Positions 27,890-37,536 are shown, counted from the first letter of the stretch. The stretch is 64,000 nt of DNA from Candidatus Hadarchaeota archaeon (GCA_964399085.1 CAYNPN010000002.1:9237-73236), one strand, 5' to 3'. The notes: generated by a model from the sequence alone, not told the origin. Numbers and translations: made by a program.

Positions 27890-28582
27890 TTATCCCTCCA
27901 ATGATACCAATGGGAGGATATCTTCTAAAATAAAATCTATAAACTCTTGCGTTTCAAGTTTGCTGAAGAGGACTATGACGGAATTTCTTGTGGCCCCAAC
28001 CACTATTCCCCTCTCCTCTATTTCAAATACGGCGTACCAGATATTTCCATGGTCCAGATATTCCTGATAGAGGGAGCTATCTGCTAGAGAGGATCCATAT
28101 AGGGCCAATTTCCCTACGTCCGGGATATCGACATTGTCGAAGTAGATTACCTTCGTAGCTCTCGGGTTGCTCTCGTGGAGCTCCTTTAGCGTTTCCTCGG
28201 CTATTTTAGCCTCCACGATTTGTCCAGTCGATAGGAAGAGGGCTTCACTGATGTTATTAGCGATTCTGTTCGCCTTCGGTTTTTCTGCTAATATAATTAG
28301 AAAAATTTCTCCTTTCCTTTCTTGGAAGGCTAGATGCGTTTCCTTGGTTTTAGGGACCTCTATTTCCCCGTCTCTATGGTAAATCGATACGAGGGTATCT
28401 GTGGTATAAAGTCCATATAGAGTACCCTCCCGGTTTTCTAGATCGGTTACTTCGGTGATTAGTTTCCCCTCGTGGTCCCTACTCTGGTAGGGTTCCTCTT
28501 CTCGATAATCCTTCAATTTCTGAGCTACGAAGCCGAGGTCGGTGTCCTCGGCTATTCGAAATATTTTTGCTGGCCTGACCAT
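27890..28582 (-). CDS. hypothetical protein co-transcribed with the ADP-ribosylglycohydrolase
   Basis: 230-aa ORF with normal composition, ending 2 nt before the ARH start; no family recognised. Confidence 0.55.
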   Translation of the reverse strand: MVRPAKIFRIAEDTDLGFVAQKLKDYREEEPYQSRDHEGKLITEVTDLENREGTLYGLYTTDTLVSIYHRDGEIEVPKTKETHLAFQERKGEIFLIILAEKPKANRIANNISEALFLSTGQIVEAKIAEETLKELHESNPRATKVIYFDNVDIPDVGKLALYGSSLADSSLYQEYLDHGNIWYAVFEIEERGIVVGATRNSVIVLFSKLETQEFIDFILEDILPLVSLEG

Positions 28583-28589
28583 ATTTTGA

Positions 28590-29890
28590 CCCTCGGTGTA
28601 TCTTGAATCTGATTTTAATCAAGTAAAGACTTTTGTTAGTGAACTACCCCCACCTACCTCGTTTCGCTCGTTAGGAGGGAGCTTCCAAGGACTTTTTCTA
28701 GGCGATCTATTTTGTGCTTTTTGCTATACGCCTTGGTTATGGGCCTGTTCACGGAGGCCCCGTTCCTTACCATGTAGGCGAGGAACCTCTGTAAGATGTT
28801 TTTGGCTCCATTCAGGTCAGCGTTATAGTCCTCGAGACCACAAGTGTTACAGGTGAACTTTCCCTGAGTCGGTCTCGTAGTATTCTCACTTCCACACTTA
28901 TGACAAGTTTTAGAAGTGTCACTCTCGTTCACCTTTACTACCCGTAGTCCTTTCTCCTCGGCCTTGTATTCAATCATTCGAGTAAGTTTCCAGTAAGGCA
29001 TAGAGTTCGCTATTCGGTTCATTCGCTTTCCTTTCCCCGTATCTCCGTTTCCCATTCCCCTCAGATTACCGATGATAACCAACGAGTTGTTTTCACCGGC
29101 TCTATCAACTATATTCCTCGAAATCTCATGTAGGATATCCTCAACTTTCCGCTTCTCCTTATCGGACATCTCTAAAACTTTCTTAACCGGACCCTTCTCC
29201 TGCAGTCTCTTTCGGAGCCAAGCGTAGTGCCTTCTAATCCCCCGAACCTTTCTCCCGCGGAATTTTGGATTCCCGTTATCGGCGGACGACACGGTCGTCG
29301 CCATCACCCTTTCACCCAAATCCACGGAGAGAACACTCTCGGGAGTTTGAGACGATACCTCGAAGGAGACGGACATATGAAGCTCAAAACCGTATCCCTT
29401 CCGGACGATCTTGGAATCGCGAACGTTCATATCCTCACTAATTTCTTGATGGGGCTTGATAGGAACCCAAATGCCACCCTAAACATTGGAAATAGGAATC
29501 TCAGCCCAATAATCGAACTCTTTAGTGTTTTCCGCCTTCTCTACCTTGAAAGTGTCATTCCGCAAAAATAAAGGATATTCCTCGTTCTGAACCTTCTCCA
29601 CATACCTATCCATCGCTTGTTTTGTTGCGGAATACAAATCCTCCGTCTCTCCACGGATATATCCCTGAGCGTTAGAGTATTCCTTGACAAGCAAACCCTC
29701 CTTCCTCACAGTAGGGTCCAAAATTCTACATACGATCGTTTTTTCAACCATCATCCTCAACCACCCTCTCCAACCTCACCACACTTCGTATCACCCCTCA
29801 TTACTTTAGACGCTTACCGGGAGAGGTGAGTAAAAGTAATGCCGATTCATCACCCACCTAATCAAAGATTAGGAAGGAGACTTCTCGGCA
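28590..29890 (-). mobile_element. IS200/IS605-family, IS1341-type element (tnpB only; ends approximate)
   Basis: Contains only a TnpB-like gene and no Y1 tnpA. A perfect hairpin CCTAATC-AAA-GATTAGG at 29857-29873 lies upstream of the gene. Confidence 0.55.
28654..29760 (-). pseudogene. tnpB: TnpB (OrfB) RNA-guided-nuclease-family gene interrupted by one in-frame TAG
   Basis: ORFs 29479..29760 and 28654..29430 are in the same frame, separated by TAG (29479-29481) plus 16 sense codons. The C-terminal part has SVDLGE (RuvC-I), the zinc ribbon CHKCGS...CNTCG, and NADLNGAKNI (RuvC-III). Confidence 0.8.
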
Positions 29891-29997
29891 TTAAAGTTAA
29901 TTACGAAGGAACTTTTTCAGAGTTGGTGAGATTGCTCGGCAGGTTTGGTAGATTCTATATAAGAATTTTACAAAGTTAAATTGAGCTTTAGATAAAA

Positions 29998-30588
29998 ATG
30001 AAGGTACAATTAGGGCCCCAAGATATATTGTTCCCTGTCCCTGCAGCTTTGATAGTTTGTGGAGAAGAAAAGGAACACAATATTATCACTGTTGCGTGGA
30101 TTGGAATCATGGGTTCATCTCCACCAGTAATTGGAATTTCGCTAAAAAATACACGATATTCATTAAGCTTAATACGGGCTTCCCGCGAACTGACAGTAAA
30201 TATCCCCTCAGCTTCTTTATATAGAGAAACTGATTTCTGTGGACTTGTTTCCGGTAGATCAACTGATAAATTCGAAAAGACGGGGTTTACGAAGTTAGAG
30301 AGTTCTAAGATTGAAATTCCGATAATAGAAGAATGCCCGTATAATATGGAATGTAAGGTTTTGAAGGAAGTTGAGGTAGGAGATTGGGTAATACTGGTAA
30401 GTGAAATTGTTGAGTCTCATATCGATAAAGATAAAATTGAAACTTCTAAGGAAGATGAAATGGACCCCAGTAAAATTGACATTGGTAAAGTAGACCCTTT
30501 AGTATATTGTGCCACAGTCAGAGAATATTGGAAACTGAGAAATAAGGTAGGAAAAGGATTTGAGTCGGGTAAGGACATAAAGGAATAG
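29998..30588 (+). CDS. flavin reductase-like (FMN-binding split-barrel) protein
   Basis: FPVPAALIVCGEEKEHNIITVAWIGIMGSSPPVIGISL, flavoredoxin-like pattern. Confidence 0.75.
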   Translation: MKVQLGPQDILFPVPAALIVCGEEKEHNIITVAWIGIMGSSPPVIGISLKNTRYSLSLIRASRELTVNIPSASLYRETDFCGLVSGRSTDKFEKTGFTKLESSKIEIPIIEECPYNMECKVLKEVEVGDWVILVSEIVESHIDKDKIETSKEDEMDPSKIDIGKVDPLVYCATVREYWKLRNKVGKGFESGKDIKE

Positions 30589-30675
30589 TTTAGAGCTGGT
30601 GGACTTCCCTACTCGGAAAAATCAAACCCTAGTAAGCATTTCTGCCCTCAGACAACTCGTACCGGTTTTAAAAAA

Positions 30676-32625
30676 TTGTATAACAGAAGCATAAATGAAT
30701 CAAATTCAAAAAGTGATAGAAAAATGCCGGATGAAGAAAGACCAAAGTCACATATCAAGGAGATAATCCTGGAAAACTTCATGAGCTACGAATATGCCAG
30801 GATCCCCCTAGAGCCGGGGTTGAACCTCATAAGCGGACCCAATGGAGCCGGGAAGTCCTCCATTCTGCTCGCTCTTTCAGTAGCTCTCGGCCAGTCTCAT
30901 ACCGAAAGATCGAGGAAACTGAGTGACCTCATCAGACGCGGCGAAGAAATGGCTAGGGTCAGTGTAGTGTTTGATAATTCTCCGAATAATGGAAGAAGGC
31001 CGATACCTGATTCCGACACTGACTCATTTGTGCTCTCCCGTTACCTTAAAGAGGATGGGACCTACTGGCACGAGGCCAATTATGAGACCGTGACTAAGGA
31101 AGAGGTCAAGAGAACCCTCTCCCAACTGTCCATAAATCCAGATAACATGCTCATTGTGATGCATCAGGGAATGATTGACGTTTTTGGTGCTATAGACGCT
31201 CAGGAGAGGTTGGAGACCGTAGAGGAGGCGGTTGGATTGAGTGAATATCGCGACCGGATAATTGATGCCAGAGAGAACCTCTCTCATAAACTAAGTGAAG
31301 AGGAATCTATCAACACGATGCTAGAGGAGGCTCAGGATACTCTAGATCATTGGGAGGAAGAGTACGAACGGTATCGGAAAAAGCAGGATTTGCTCGATAA
31401 GAAGGGAAGGCTAGAAAGGGAATATGCTTGGGCTAAATATTGGAGGCAGAAGGATAGGGTCGATAAGCTCGAGTCTAAAATCAGAAGCAAGGAAAATGAG
31501 CTCGAGGAGATTAATAGTGATTTCGAAAGAACGGAGGAAAAGGAAGATGAGGCTAAAACCAAGCTGGGTGAATTGGAGCAGAAGCTGGAGGACCTTCATA
31601 GGGATCTCGTTCATCACGAAAAGGATGTAAGCGAAGCTGAAGCTAAGCTCGAGATTCTGGATGAACTGGAAGAGGCCGGAATAACTGAAGATTACGATTT
31701 ATCCGCGGACGAGGAAAACCTGAGAGATTTGCTCGAGAAGGCGCGGGAAAAGATCGATACGGTTCAAAACTCCTTGGCCGACAAAAGGCGAGGAAGGGAT
31801 GAAAAACGAGAGAAGTACACCGACCACCGGGTTAGAAAGGCCGTTTTATCTTTTCGTCGGGAACTCTTGGAAGAGGAGATATCCGATCTAAAGCGAGATT
31901 TGAGAAAGGAGGAGGAAGAGTTGAAGGAGCTGGAAGTAGAGGCGGAGAGTAAAGGCAGTAAGGTACAGACTGATAGGAATTCTCGTGATATCCTTGAAGA
32001 TATCCGGGTAACCAATGCTCAACTTTCCAACCTGGAAGACGTTTCTTCAGAAGCCGAGAAAATGTATAAGGATCATAAAGAATTGCTGGAAGAGTTGGAG
32101 GAGAAGGCGGAGGAAGCGGAGAAAAACCGGAAGAGGGCACTTGAGGAGCTGGAGATTAGGAAGGAAAAATGGAGAAATGAAATTCAGGATTTGCTGAAGA
32201 AGGTGAGGGATACGTATAGACAAATTTTGGAAAGAGTAAACGCGATCGGGGACGTTCGGATGATTAATCCCGAGGATATCGATGAGGCAGGTCTCGAACT
32301 GACCGTTGGTTTCCGAGGTGCGGAGCCCCAGACACTGGATGCCTACACTCAAAGCGGCGGCGAAAGGTCGACCTCGATAATGTGTTTCCTGCTCGCACTC
32401 CAGCAGCATATTAAATCACCTATCAGAGCACTCGATGAGTTTGAACTTCATATGGATCCGAGGAACCGGCAGATGATGATGAGGGAGTTGTTGGATTTGA
32501 TGGAAGAAAGCGACAGTCAGTATTTGGTAATAACTCCTGGGAGGCTCGTCGAGGTGGATGAAGTTCCGAATCTGATTGCGGTCCAAAATGCGGCCGGCTC
32601 ATCGGAAGTGAAGGTGGCGACCTGA
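30676..32625 (+). CDS. compact SMC-like ABC ATPase (SMC5/6- or Sph-like heads, short coiled coil)
   Basis: ILENFMSY, Walker A GPNGAGKSS, about 300 aa of E/K/L heptads, signature QSGGERS, Walker B/D-loop LDEFELHMDPRNR; TTG start with alternative ATG at 30724. Confidence 0.8.
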   Translation: MYNRSINESNSKSDRKMPDEERPKSHIKEIILENFMSYEYARIPLEPGLNLISGPNGAGKSSILLALSVALGQSHTERSRKLSDLIRRGEEMARVSVVFDNSPNNGRRPIPDSDTDSFVLSRYLKEDGTYWHEANYETVTKEEVKRTLSQLSINPDNMLIVMHQGMIDVFGAIDAQERLETVEEAVGLSEYRDRIIDARENLSHKLSEEESINTMLEEAQDTLDHWEEEYERYRKKQDLLDKKGRLEREYAWAKYWRQKDRVDKLESKIRSKENELEEINSDFERTEEKEDEAKTKLGELEQKLEDLHRDLVHHEKDVSEAEAKLEILDELEEAGITEDYDLSADEENLRDLLEKAREKIDTVQNSLADKRRGRDEKREKYTDHRVRKAVLSFRRELLEEEISDLKRDLRKEEEELKELEVEAESKGSKVQTDRNSRDILEDIRVTNAQLSNLEDVSSEAEKMYKDHKELLEELEEKAEEAEKNRKRALEELEIRKEKWRNEIQDLLKKVRDTYRQILERVNAIGDVRMINPEDIDEAGLELTVGFRGAEPQTLDAYTQSGGERSTSIMCFLLALQQHIKSPIRALDEFELHMDPRNRQMMMRELLDLMEESDSQYLVITPGRLVEVDEVPNLIAVQNAAGSSEVKVAT

Positions 32626-33425
32626 TGACCAGTAAAAAGAAGAAAAGAGAGTTAATGAAGAGGATAATAGATCTTTCAGAATCAGTACGGGATCGGGAGG
32701 CGGACCCTTTTGAGGTCGACGTTTCCGATTTTCTGGATAGATTGTCCGATGTTTTTCCTGAGATCGATGATCCGGAGGAGCTACTTCTGGATATCGAGGC
32801 AGTTCAGGGTCTAACCGATATAGTTCTACAACAGGAAGACTGGATAAAGCACAAATCCTCTCTTTTACATTTCGACCCGATGCTTGTAACTTGGAAGGTC
32901 CGAGGTCTTACCAAGAAGCAACTGGCCTATGTTTTGGTAGATTCTTGGCATCCTATAGTGGAAATGGAGAGCATATCCAGACCTGGAATCAAAGAAGCGA
33001 TGGAGTACTGGGAGAATCTCGCTCCACTTTCCGAGCGAGGTGCCGAGCTAGAAACCACCGAGGTATTTCCAGAGGAGGTAAGCCGGGAAGAAATCTCGGA
33101 ATTCGGTTTTGAGTCCAAGGAGGATTTCGATGAGAGAGTCGAGGAATACTGGGAATATCTCAAGGAAGCTACCGGGGAAGATAATGAAATTTCCTACTGG
33201 GATTTCGTAGACTCGGGCACCTTTCGAGAAACTATTAAAAATGCCTGGATAACCAGTTTTCTGGTGAGCTATGGCTACGCCACGGTGGAGATTAATCCTT
33301 TAGAAGATGAGATTACCCTCAGAGCTAGGGAGGAAAGAGAGACGCCATCCGAGAAAACGGGGACCTCTATCCCTATATCAATTTCTTATGACGACTGGAA
33401 GGAGAGGAGGGAGGAAAATGCCTGA
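32625..33425 (+). CDS. kleisin-like (ScpA/Nse4-like) acidic protein
   Basis: Start overlaps the SMC-like stop (ATGA). C-terminal RETIKNAWITSFLVSYGYATVEINPLEDEITL resembles a kleisin C-terminal winged helix; assignment is motif-level only. Confidence 0.5.
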   Translation: MTSKKKKRELMKRIIDLSESVRDREADPFEVDVSDFLDRLSDVFPEIDDPEELLLDIEAVQGLTDIVLQQEDWIKHKSSLLHFDPMLVTWKVRGLTKKQLAYVLVDSWHPIVEMESISRPGIKEAMEYWENLAPLSERGAELETTEVFPEEVSREEISEFGFESKEDFDERVEEYWEYLKEATGEDNEISYWDFVDSGTFRETIKNAWITSFLVSYGYATVEINPLEDEITLRAREERETPSEKTGTSIPISISYDDWKERREENA

Positions 33426-33996
33426 AGATGAAGAAGTTGAGAAAGACGTTGAGGCGGTTCGTGAGAAAGTGGAGAGAGCCGCTCAGCTCATTTTGTTCAA
33501 GCGTCATCGGGAACCCGGAGCCAAATCTTGGGAGCTGAAGAAGACTCTCGGCAAAAGATATCCCGAAATTGTGGACATGTTGGACCAGGAGCTACAGAAA
33601 TTTGGCCTAACTGTCAAGGAGATAGATGAGGGTGAGGACAAGCCCACCAGATATTACGCGACTATGAAAGGCCATCCACGACTATCCGACAGGACCTTTG
33701 GATGGAGAATCGATGACATGGCCTGTCTCACAATAATTCTCTCTTATATACAATCCAAACGTGGAAAGGCCCCGACCGACGAAGTTGAAGAACTTCTCAA
33801 GGAAAAATTGCCAAAATGGAAGGTCGAGCAGAATATTAATCGTTTTTCAAAGATGGGATATATATCGGAAGATGACGGCATGCTCTATATGGACTGGCGT
33901 GCGCGGGCCGAAATTGATCAGAAGGAAATGTTGGAACAGCTGTTGAGTAAGGAAATTGAAGAGGAGGAGGGGCCTGAAAAGTCCCAAGAAGGATAG
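33418..33996 (+). CDS. winged-helix kite-like protein (ScpB / MAGE-Nse3-like)
   Basis: ATG at 33418 after GGAGGGAGG, overlapping the upstream stop by 8 nt. AAQLILFKRHREPGAKSWELKKTLGKRYPEIVDMLDQELQKFGLTVKEID...YYATMK; motif-level only. Confidence 0.5.
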   Translation: MPEDEEVEKDVEAVREKVERAAQLILFKRHREPGAKSWELKKTLGKRYPEIVDMLDQELQKFGLTVKEIDEGEDKPTRYYATMKGHPRLSDRTFGWRIDDMACLTIILSYIQSKRGKAPTDEVEELLKEKLPKWKVEQNINRFSKMGYISEDDGMLYMDWRARAEIDQKEMLEQLLSKEIEEEEGPEKSQEG

Positions 33997-34006
33997 TTGC
34001 TCCGAG

Positions 34007-36886
34007 TTAGCTTCCCCTATATCGGCTAAAGAGGGATTTCTTTTCCTCGTCTATGACCGCGTCCAAAAATCTATCTGAGATTTCATCGTCCTTCTTTAGA
34101 ATCCTCTCTGCAGCGGAAGGAGTGATACCCTTACCGGCGAGTGCACCTGCAGCAGCCTTGCCGTGCTTGGAGATAAGGTTGGAGGTCTCCTCTATTCTCT
34201 TCCAGGTTCTACCCCCTCTTCCTTTCTTTGATTTGTCTTTAACACGGTCGAGAGTTCTGAGAACTGAACGCTTTTCCTCCTCGAGCATTCCCAATTTTTT
34301 GGAACCGCAGTTGGGACAGGTGGGAGGCTTACCTAACTCGTGAACTTCCATTATATCGACCCAATCTTTACACTCGGCACATGCAAATGTACGCCTTTCA
34401 CTAAGGAGCCTAGCCCTCACCGACCCGAGGATCAAGCGTCTCATCCTTTTGGGAGAGACGGGTTCGAAGGTCAAAGATTTTTCTTCCCAGGCCGGCTCGG
34501 AAATCGGGGAAGGATCGGCCAAGACACCTAGGGAAGCCAGCTCTATATCCCCAGATTCGATTTTTTCAAGGACCTCTAGGGCCTTGGGCAAATCCAAATC
34601 CTTACGCACGACCTCCTTGAAAGTTTCACTATACACAGGGGTGTCCTTCAGTCCCTCAATTAACTGATCGACTTCGGATGATGTCATTTCCGCCTCGTAT
34701 TCGAGACTCCCCATCCGTCTAGCGATTTGGACGATTCGCCACTTGAAGAAACGGCTGTCTTCGATCACTTCCTCTAGCTTTTCCCGGAAATCTTTTCCCA
34801 TCTCACCGGTTAGAATCGCCTCTATCTCGGTCGGCGTCAGTCTCTCGGATTTTATGAGGATTCTGTAGGGGTCGACTGTCACGGCCACGGATTCTCCGAG
34901 GTCATCGGCCGCACGCCGGGCTATGAATCGAGCCAAGGTTCTGTTTGCCAGAGTTCCAAAGCAAGCATGAACTACGAGAGTATCTTCCGCCTTCTCTAAT
35001 ACCACCCTCCGGTCCGTGGGCAAACTATAATTTTTTTCCAGATGTTTCTTCACCGGTGAGAGTGATTTTTTCACGGCGTTTTCGTCCAACTCCCAAGTTT
35101 TAGAAATGGAGCCCGAAGCTTCTCCGAAGTCCTTCCCTTCTTCCAACAGCTCTGCTAATTCCTCTCTGAGAGCTCCGACCTCCTGGGCCACCGAGTAAGG
35201 CACTGGAATTTCCTCTCCTACCCAGGAAGGCACTGCACCGACGGGATCCTCCGCCGGTTTCACATATACCTTATCTCGATAGACCTGCACGATTTTCCAG
35301 AGTGAGCCACCCATCACAAACTTTGCTCCCGGTTCACCATATTCGGCCACGAAAGGTTCGTCGAGCACCCCCACCGCCTCATCATTTGTATCATTGATGA
35401 CTAAGTATTGCTTCATTTCAGGTATCATAGAGAGAGTTCCGAAGTAATAGTCGAAGATTCGGTCTCCCTTACTCGGCCGCATAAAGACTTCCTCGTCGTC
35501 GCGTAGCCAGGCGAGTCTTTGGTCCATGTTTTCCAGGAATTTTAGGACCTTTAAAACGTCTTCCTTCTCCAGATTCCGGAATGGATAGGCCCTTCTAGTT
35601 ATTTCACATACATCCTCCACGTTCCATTCCCGAGCGGTCACCAGCATACCTACCAGCTCGTGCGAGAGGACATCGAGCGGCTTTTCAGGAATTTTAACGG
35701 GTTCCAACTCCTTTCTCCCCGACCGATCGACAATTATGGAGGATTCAACCCCGTCCGTCGGGTCCTTAACTATGATTCTTCCCTTTGCCTTTTCCGTTAT
35801 TCTATGACCACTTCTTCCTATCCGTTGAAGTGCTCTGGCGACCTGTCTCGGGGAGTTGTACTGAATTACGAGATCTACCTTCCCTATATCTATTCCGAGT
35901 TCCATCGAAGAAGTGCAGATAACCCCCTTGAGCTTTCCAGTCTTTAGATTCTCCTCCGTCCGCCTCCTGGTATAGGTTGAGAGCGAGCCGTGGTGTATAC
36001 TGACGGGGAAGTCTATATCCCACATTTTGAACCTACTCGCCAGTACCTCCGACATCGGTCGGGTGTTTGTAAAGATTAGGCTCGTATCGTGCCCTTCGAT
36101 TAGTTCTCTCATTTTCCTGAGCCGGGCAGCGACTTCCGGGTAGGTGTATATTTCCGATGAGAGGACCTCATCTTCGTCTGTCACTTGGGGGTAGAGCACG
36201 TTCATATCGATTTCTCTAGCCATTGAGACATCAACGATTTCACAGTCTCGATTTGTTCCGACTAAAAATTTTGATACTTCCTTCGGAGATCCTACCGTCG
36301 CGGAGAGCCCGATGACCTGGAAGTCATCCCCTTTCAATCTCCTCATTCTCTCTATAGAGAGGGAGAGTTGAGCGCCACGTTTGTTTCCGGCCAGTTCATG
36401 GACTTCGTCGACGACAACCCACTCGACGTTTGAGGCATGCCGGCTTATCCTCTTCCCGACTAGAAGCAATTGAAATGTCTCTGGGGTAGTAATTAGAACA
36501 TCAGGAGGGCTTAATGCCTGTTTTCTTCGGTCTCTCTTTGAGGTGTCACCGTGTCTGACGGAAACCTTCAAATCGAGATTCCTACACCACCACTTCAGCC
36601 TTTCCAGCATATCTCTGTTCAGGGCCCTCAGTGGAGTGATGTAGATGAGTCTTATTCCCTTTTCTCGAGGGTTGTGCAAAATTTTATTTAGAATGGGCAA
36701 GAACGCTGCCTCCGTCTTACCTGTCCCGGCCGGTGCTATGAGAAGGGTATTTTTTCCATCTAAAATGGGAGGAAAACCTTCTTTTTGTGGCAACGTTGGT
36801 TCGTCGAAACCTTTCTTCCTCAGCAATTCGACTAAGGGCTTTGCCAATTGGTCGAAGACATTTTCTTCTTCAGTCATTTTTATCAC
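34007..36886 (-). CDS. Lhr-type large DEAD/DEAH-box helicase
   Basis: LIAPAGTGKTEAAFLPIL, VVDEVHEL, GLSATVG, QRIGRSGH. Long C-terminal extension with zinc ribbon CAEC...CPNCGS; 959 aa. Confidence 0.85.
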   Translation of the reverse strand: MIKMTEEENVFDQLAKPLVELLRKKGFDEPTLPQKEGFPPILDGKNTLLIAPAGTGKTEAAFLPILNKILHNPREKGIRLIYITPLRALNRDMLERLKWWCRNLDLKVSVRHGDTSKRDRRKQALSPPDVLITTPETFQLLLVGKRISRHASNVEWVVVDEVHELAGNKRGAQLSLSIERMRRLKGDDFQVIGLSATVGSPKEVSKFLVGTNRDCEIVDVSMAREIDMNVLYPQVTDEDEVLSSEIYTYPEVAARLRKMRELIEGHDTSLIFTNTRPMSEVLASRFKMWDIDFPVSIHHGSLSTYTRRRTEENLKTGKLKGVICTSSMELGIDIGKVDLVIQYNSPRQVARALQRIGRSGHRITEKAKGRIIVKDPTDGVESSIIVDRSGRKELEPVKIPEKPLDVLSHELVGMLVTAREWNVEDVCEITRRAYPFRNLEKEDVLKVLKFLENMDQRLAWLRDDEEVFMRPSKGDRIFDYYFGTLSMIPEMKQYLVINDTNDEAVGVLDEPFVAEYGEPGAKFVMGGSLWKIVQVYRDKVYVKPAEDPVGAVPSWVGEEIPVPYSVAQEVGALREELAELLEEGKDFGEASGSISKTWELDENAVKKSLSPVKKHLEKNYSLPTDRRVVLEKAEDTLVVHACFGTLANRTLARFIARRAADDLGESVAVTVDPYRILIKSERLTPTEIEAILTGEMGKDFREKLEEVIEDSRFFKWRIVQIARRMGSLEYEAEMTSSEVDQLIEGLKDTPVYSETFKEVVRKDLDLPKALEVLEKIESGDIELASLGVLADPSPISEPAWEEKSLTFEPVSPKRMRRLILGSVRARLLSERRTFACAECKDWVDIMEVHELGKPPTCPNCGSKKLGMLEEEKRSVLRTLDRVKDKSKKGRGGRTWKRIEETSNLISKHGKAAAGALAGKGITPSAAERILKKDDEISDRFLDAVIDEEKKSLFSRYRGS

Positions 36887-37117
36887 GCGGCTGTTTGGTA
36901 TCTAGCAGATTTATTGTGATTTTTAGGTCTATCAACTAAATGAATCGAATTAATATTGGAGTGCCCGATTAAACATTCTAGGTAATAAGAAAAACTGGAA
37001 ATATTAATATTTGAGAGCTCGGATGTTCGGTAAATGATTCAGTTAAATAATCCAATAGTTGCTAATAGAACTCATCCGGTTTTTGATTTTTCACAGGCGA
37101 TATAGTATGAGGAGGTT

Positions 37118-37243
37118 TTAGTCTTTTAGAGTCATTGGCTGCCCGCAGCACACTAATTCACCGCCACCTACTTCTTTGACTTCGACTATATTCCCGCAAA
37201 TTTCACACTCATAAACTTCTCCTTTTTCACTAACACTAACCAT
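37118..37243 (-). CDS. desulforedoxin-like small iron protein (41 aa, below the ORF-track cutoff)
   Basis: [41 protein letters not shown]: CxxC ... CC pattern of desulforedoxin / Dfx N-domain. GGAGGTG sits 7 nt upstream of the ATG. Confidence 0.7.
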   Translation of the reverse strand: MVSVSEKGEVYECEICGNIVEVKEVGGGELVCCGQPMTLKD

Positions 37244-37536
37244 TTTTATTCACCTCCACAAGAGGTTCTAATTTTATCTTCGCTTAAGCTAGTTTATAGG
37301 CTTTGCACATCTTTCATCTTCGCACTTGAAACTGAACTCGGGAGATAATCAATCCAATTCTTCAGAATATGTTTATGATCTATTCCAAAATTTCTCTGCC
37401 GATATTTTAGACTTCCTCTATCATCTATTTCCCTTCGTGCATTCTTCCATCAGGCATTTCACCTGAAATAACAGCATCATATTCTCCCTTTTATGGGATA
37501 ACTCTTCTTCTGAAGAATTTTCGACGAATAGGTTCC

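Noticed and set aside
28596-28856. 86-aa plus-strand ORF at the tnpB 3' end
   Set aside because: It is antisense to the TnpB C-terminus and Cys/Arg-rich. If this region is functional, it more likely encodes the element's 3' guide-RNA scaffold on the minus strand.
29826-29840. Shared AGTAAAAGTAA between the TnpB left-end region and 63371-63385 (possible second IS end)
   Set aside because: The identity is only an 11-mer, and matches of that length are expected many times by chance in 64 kb of AT-leaning DNA.
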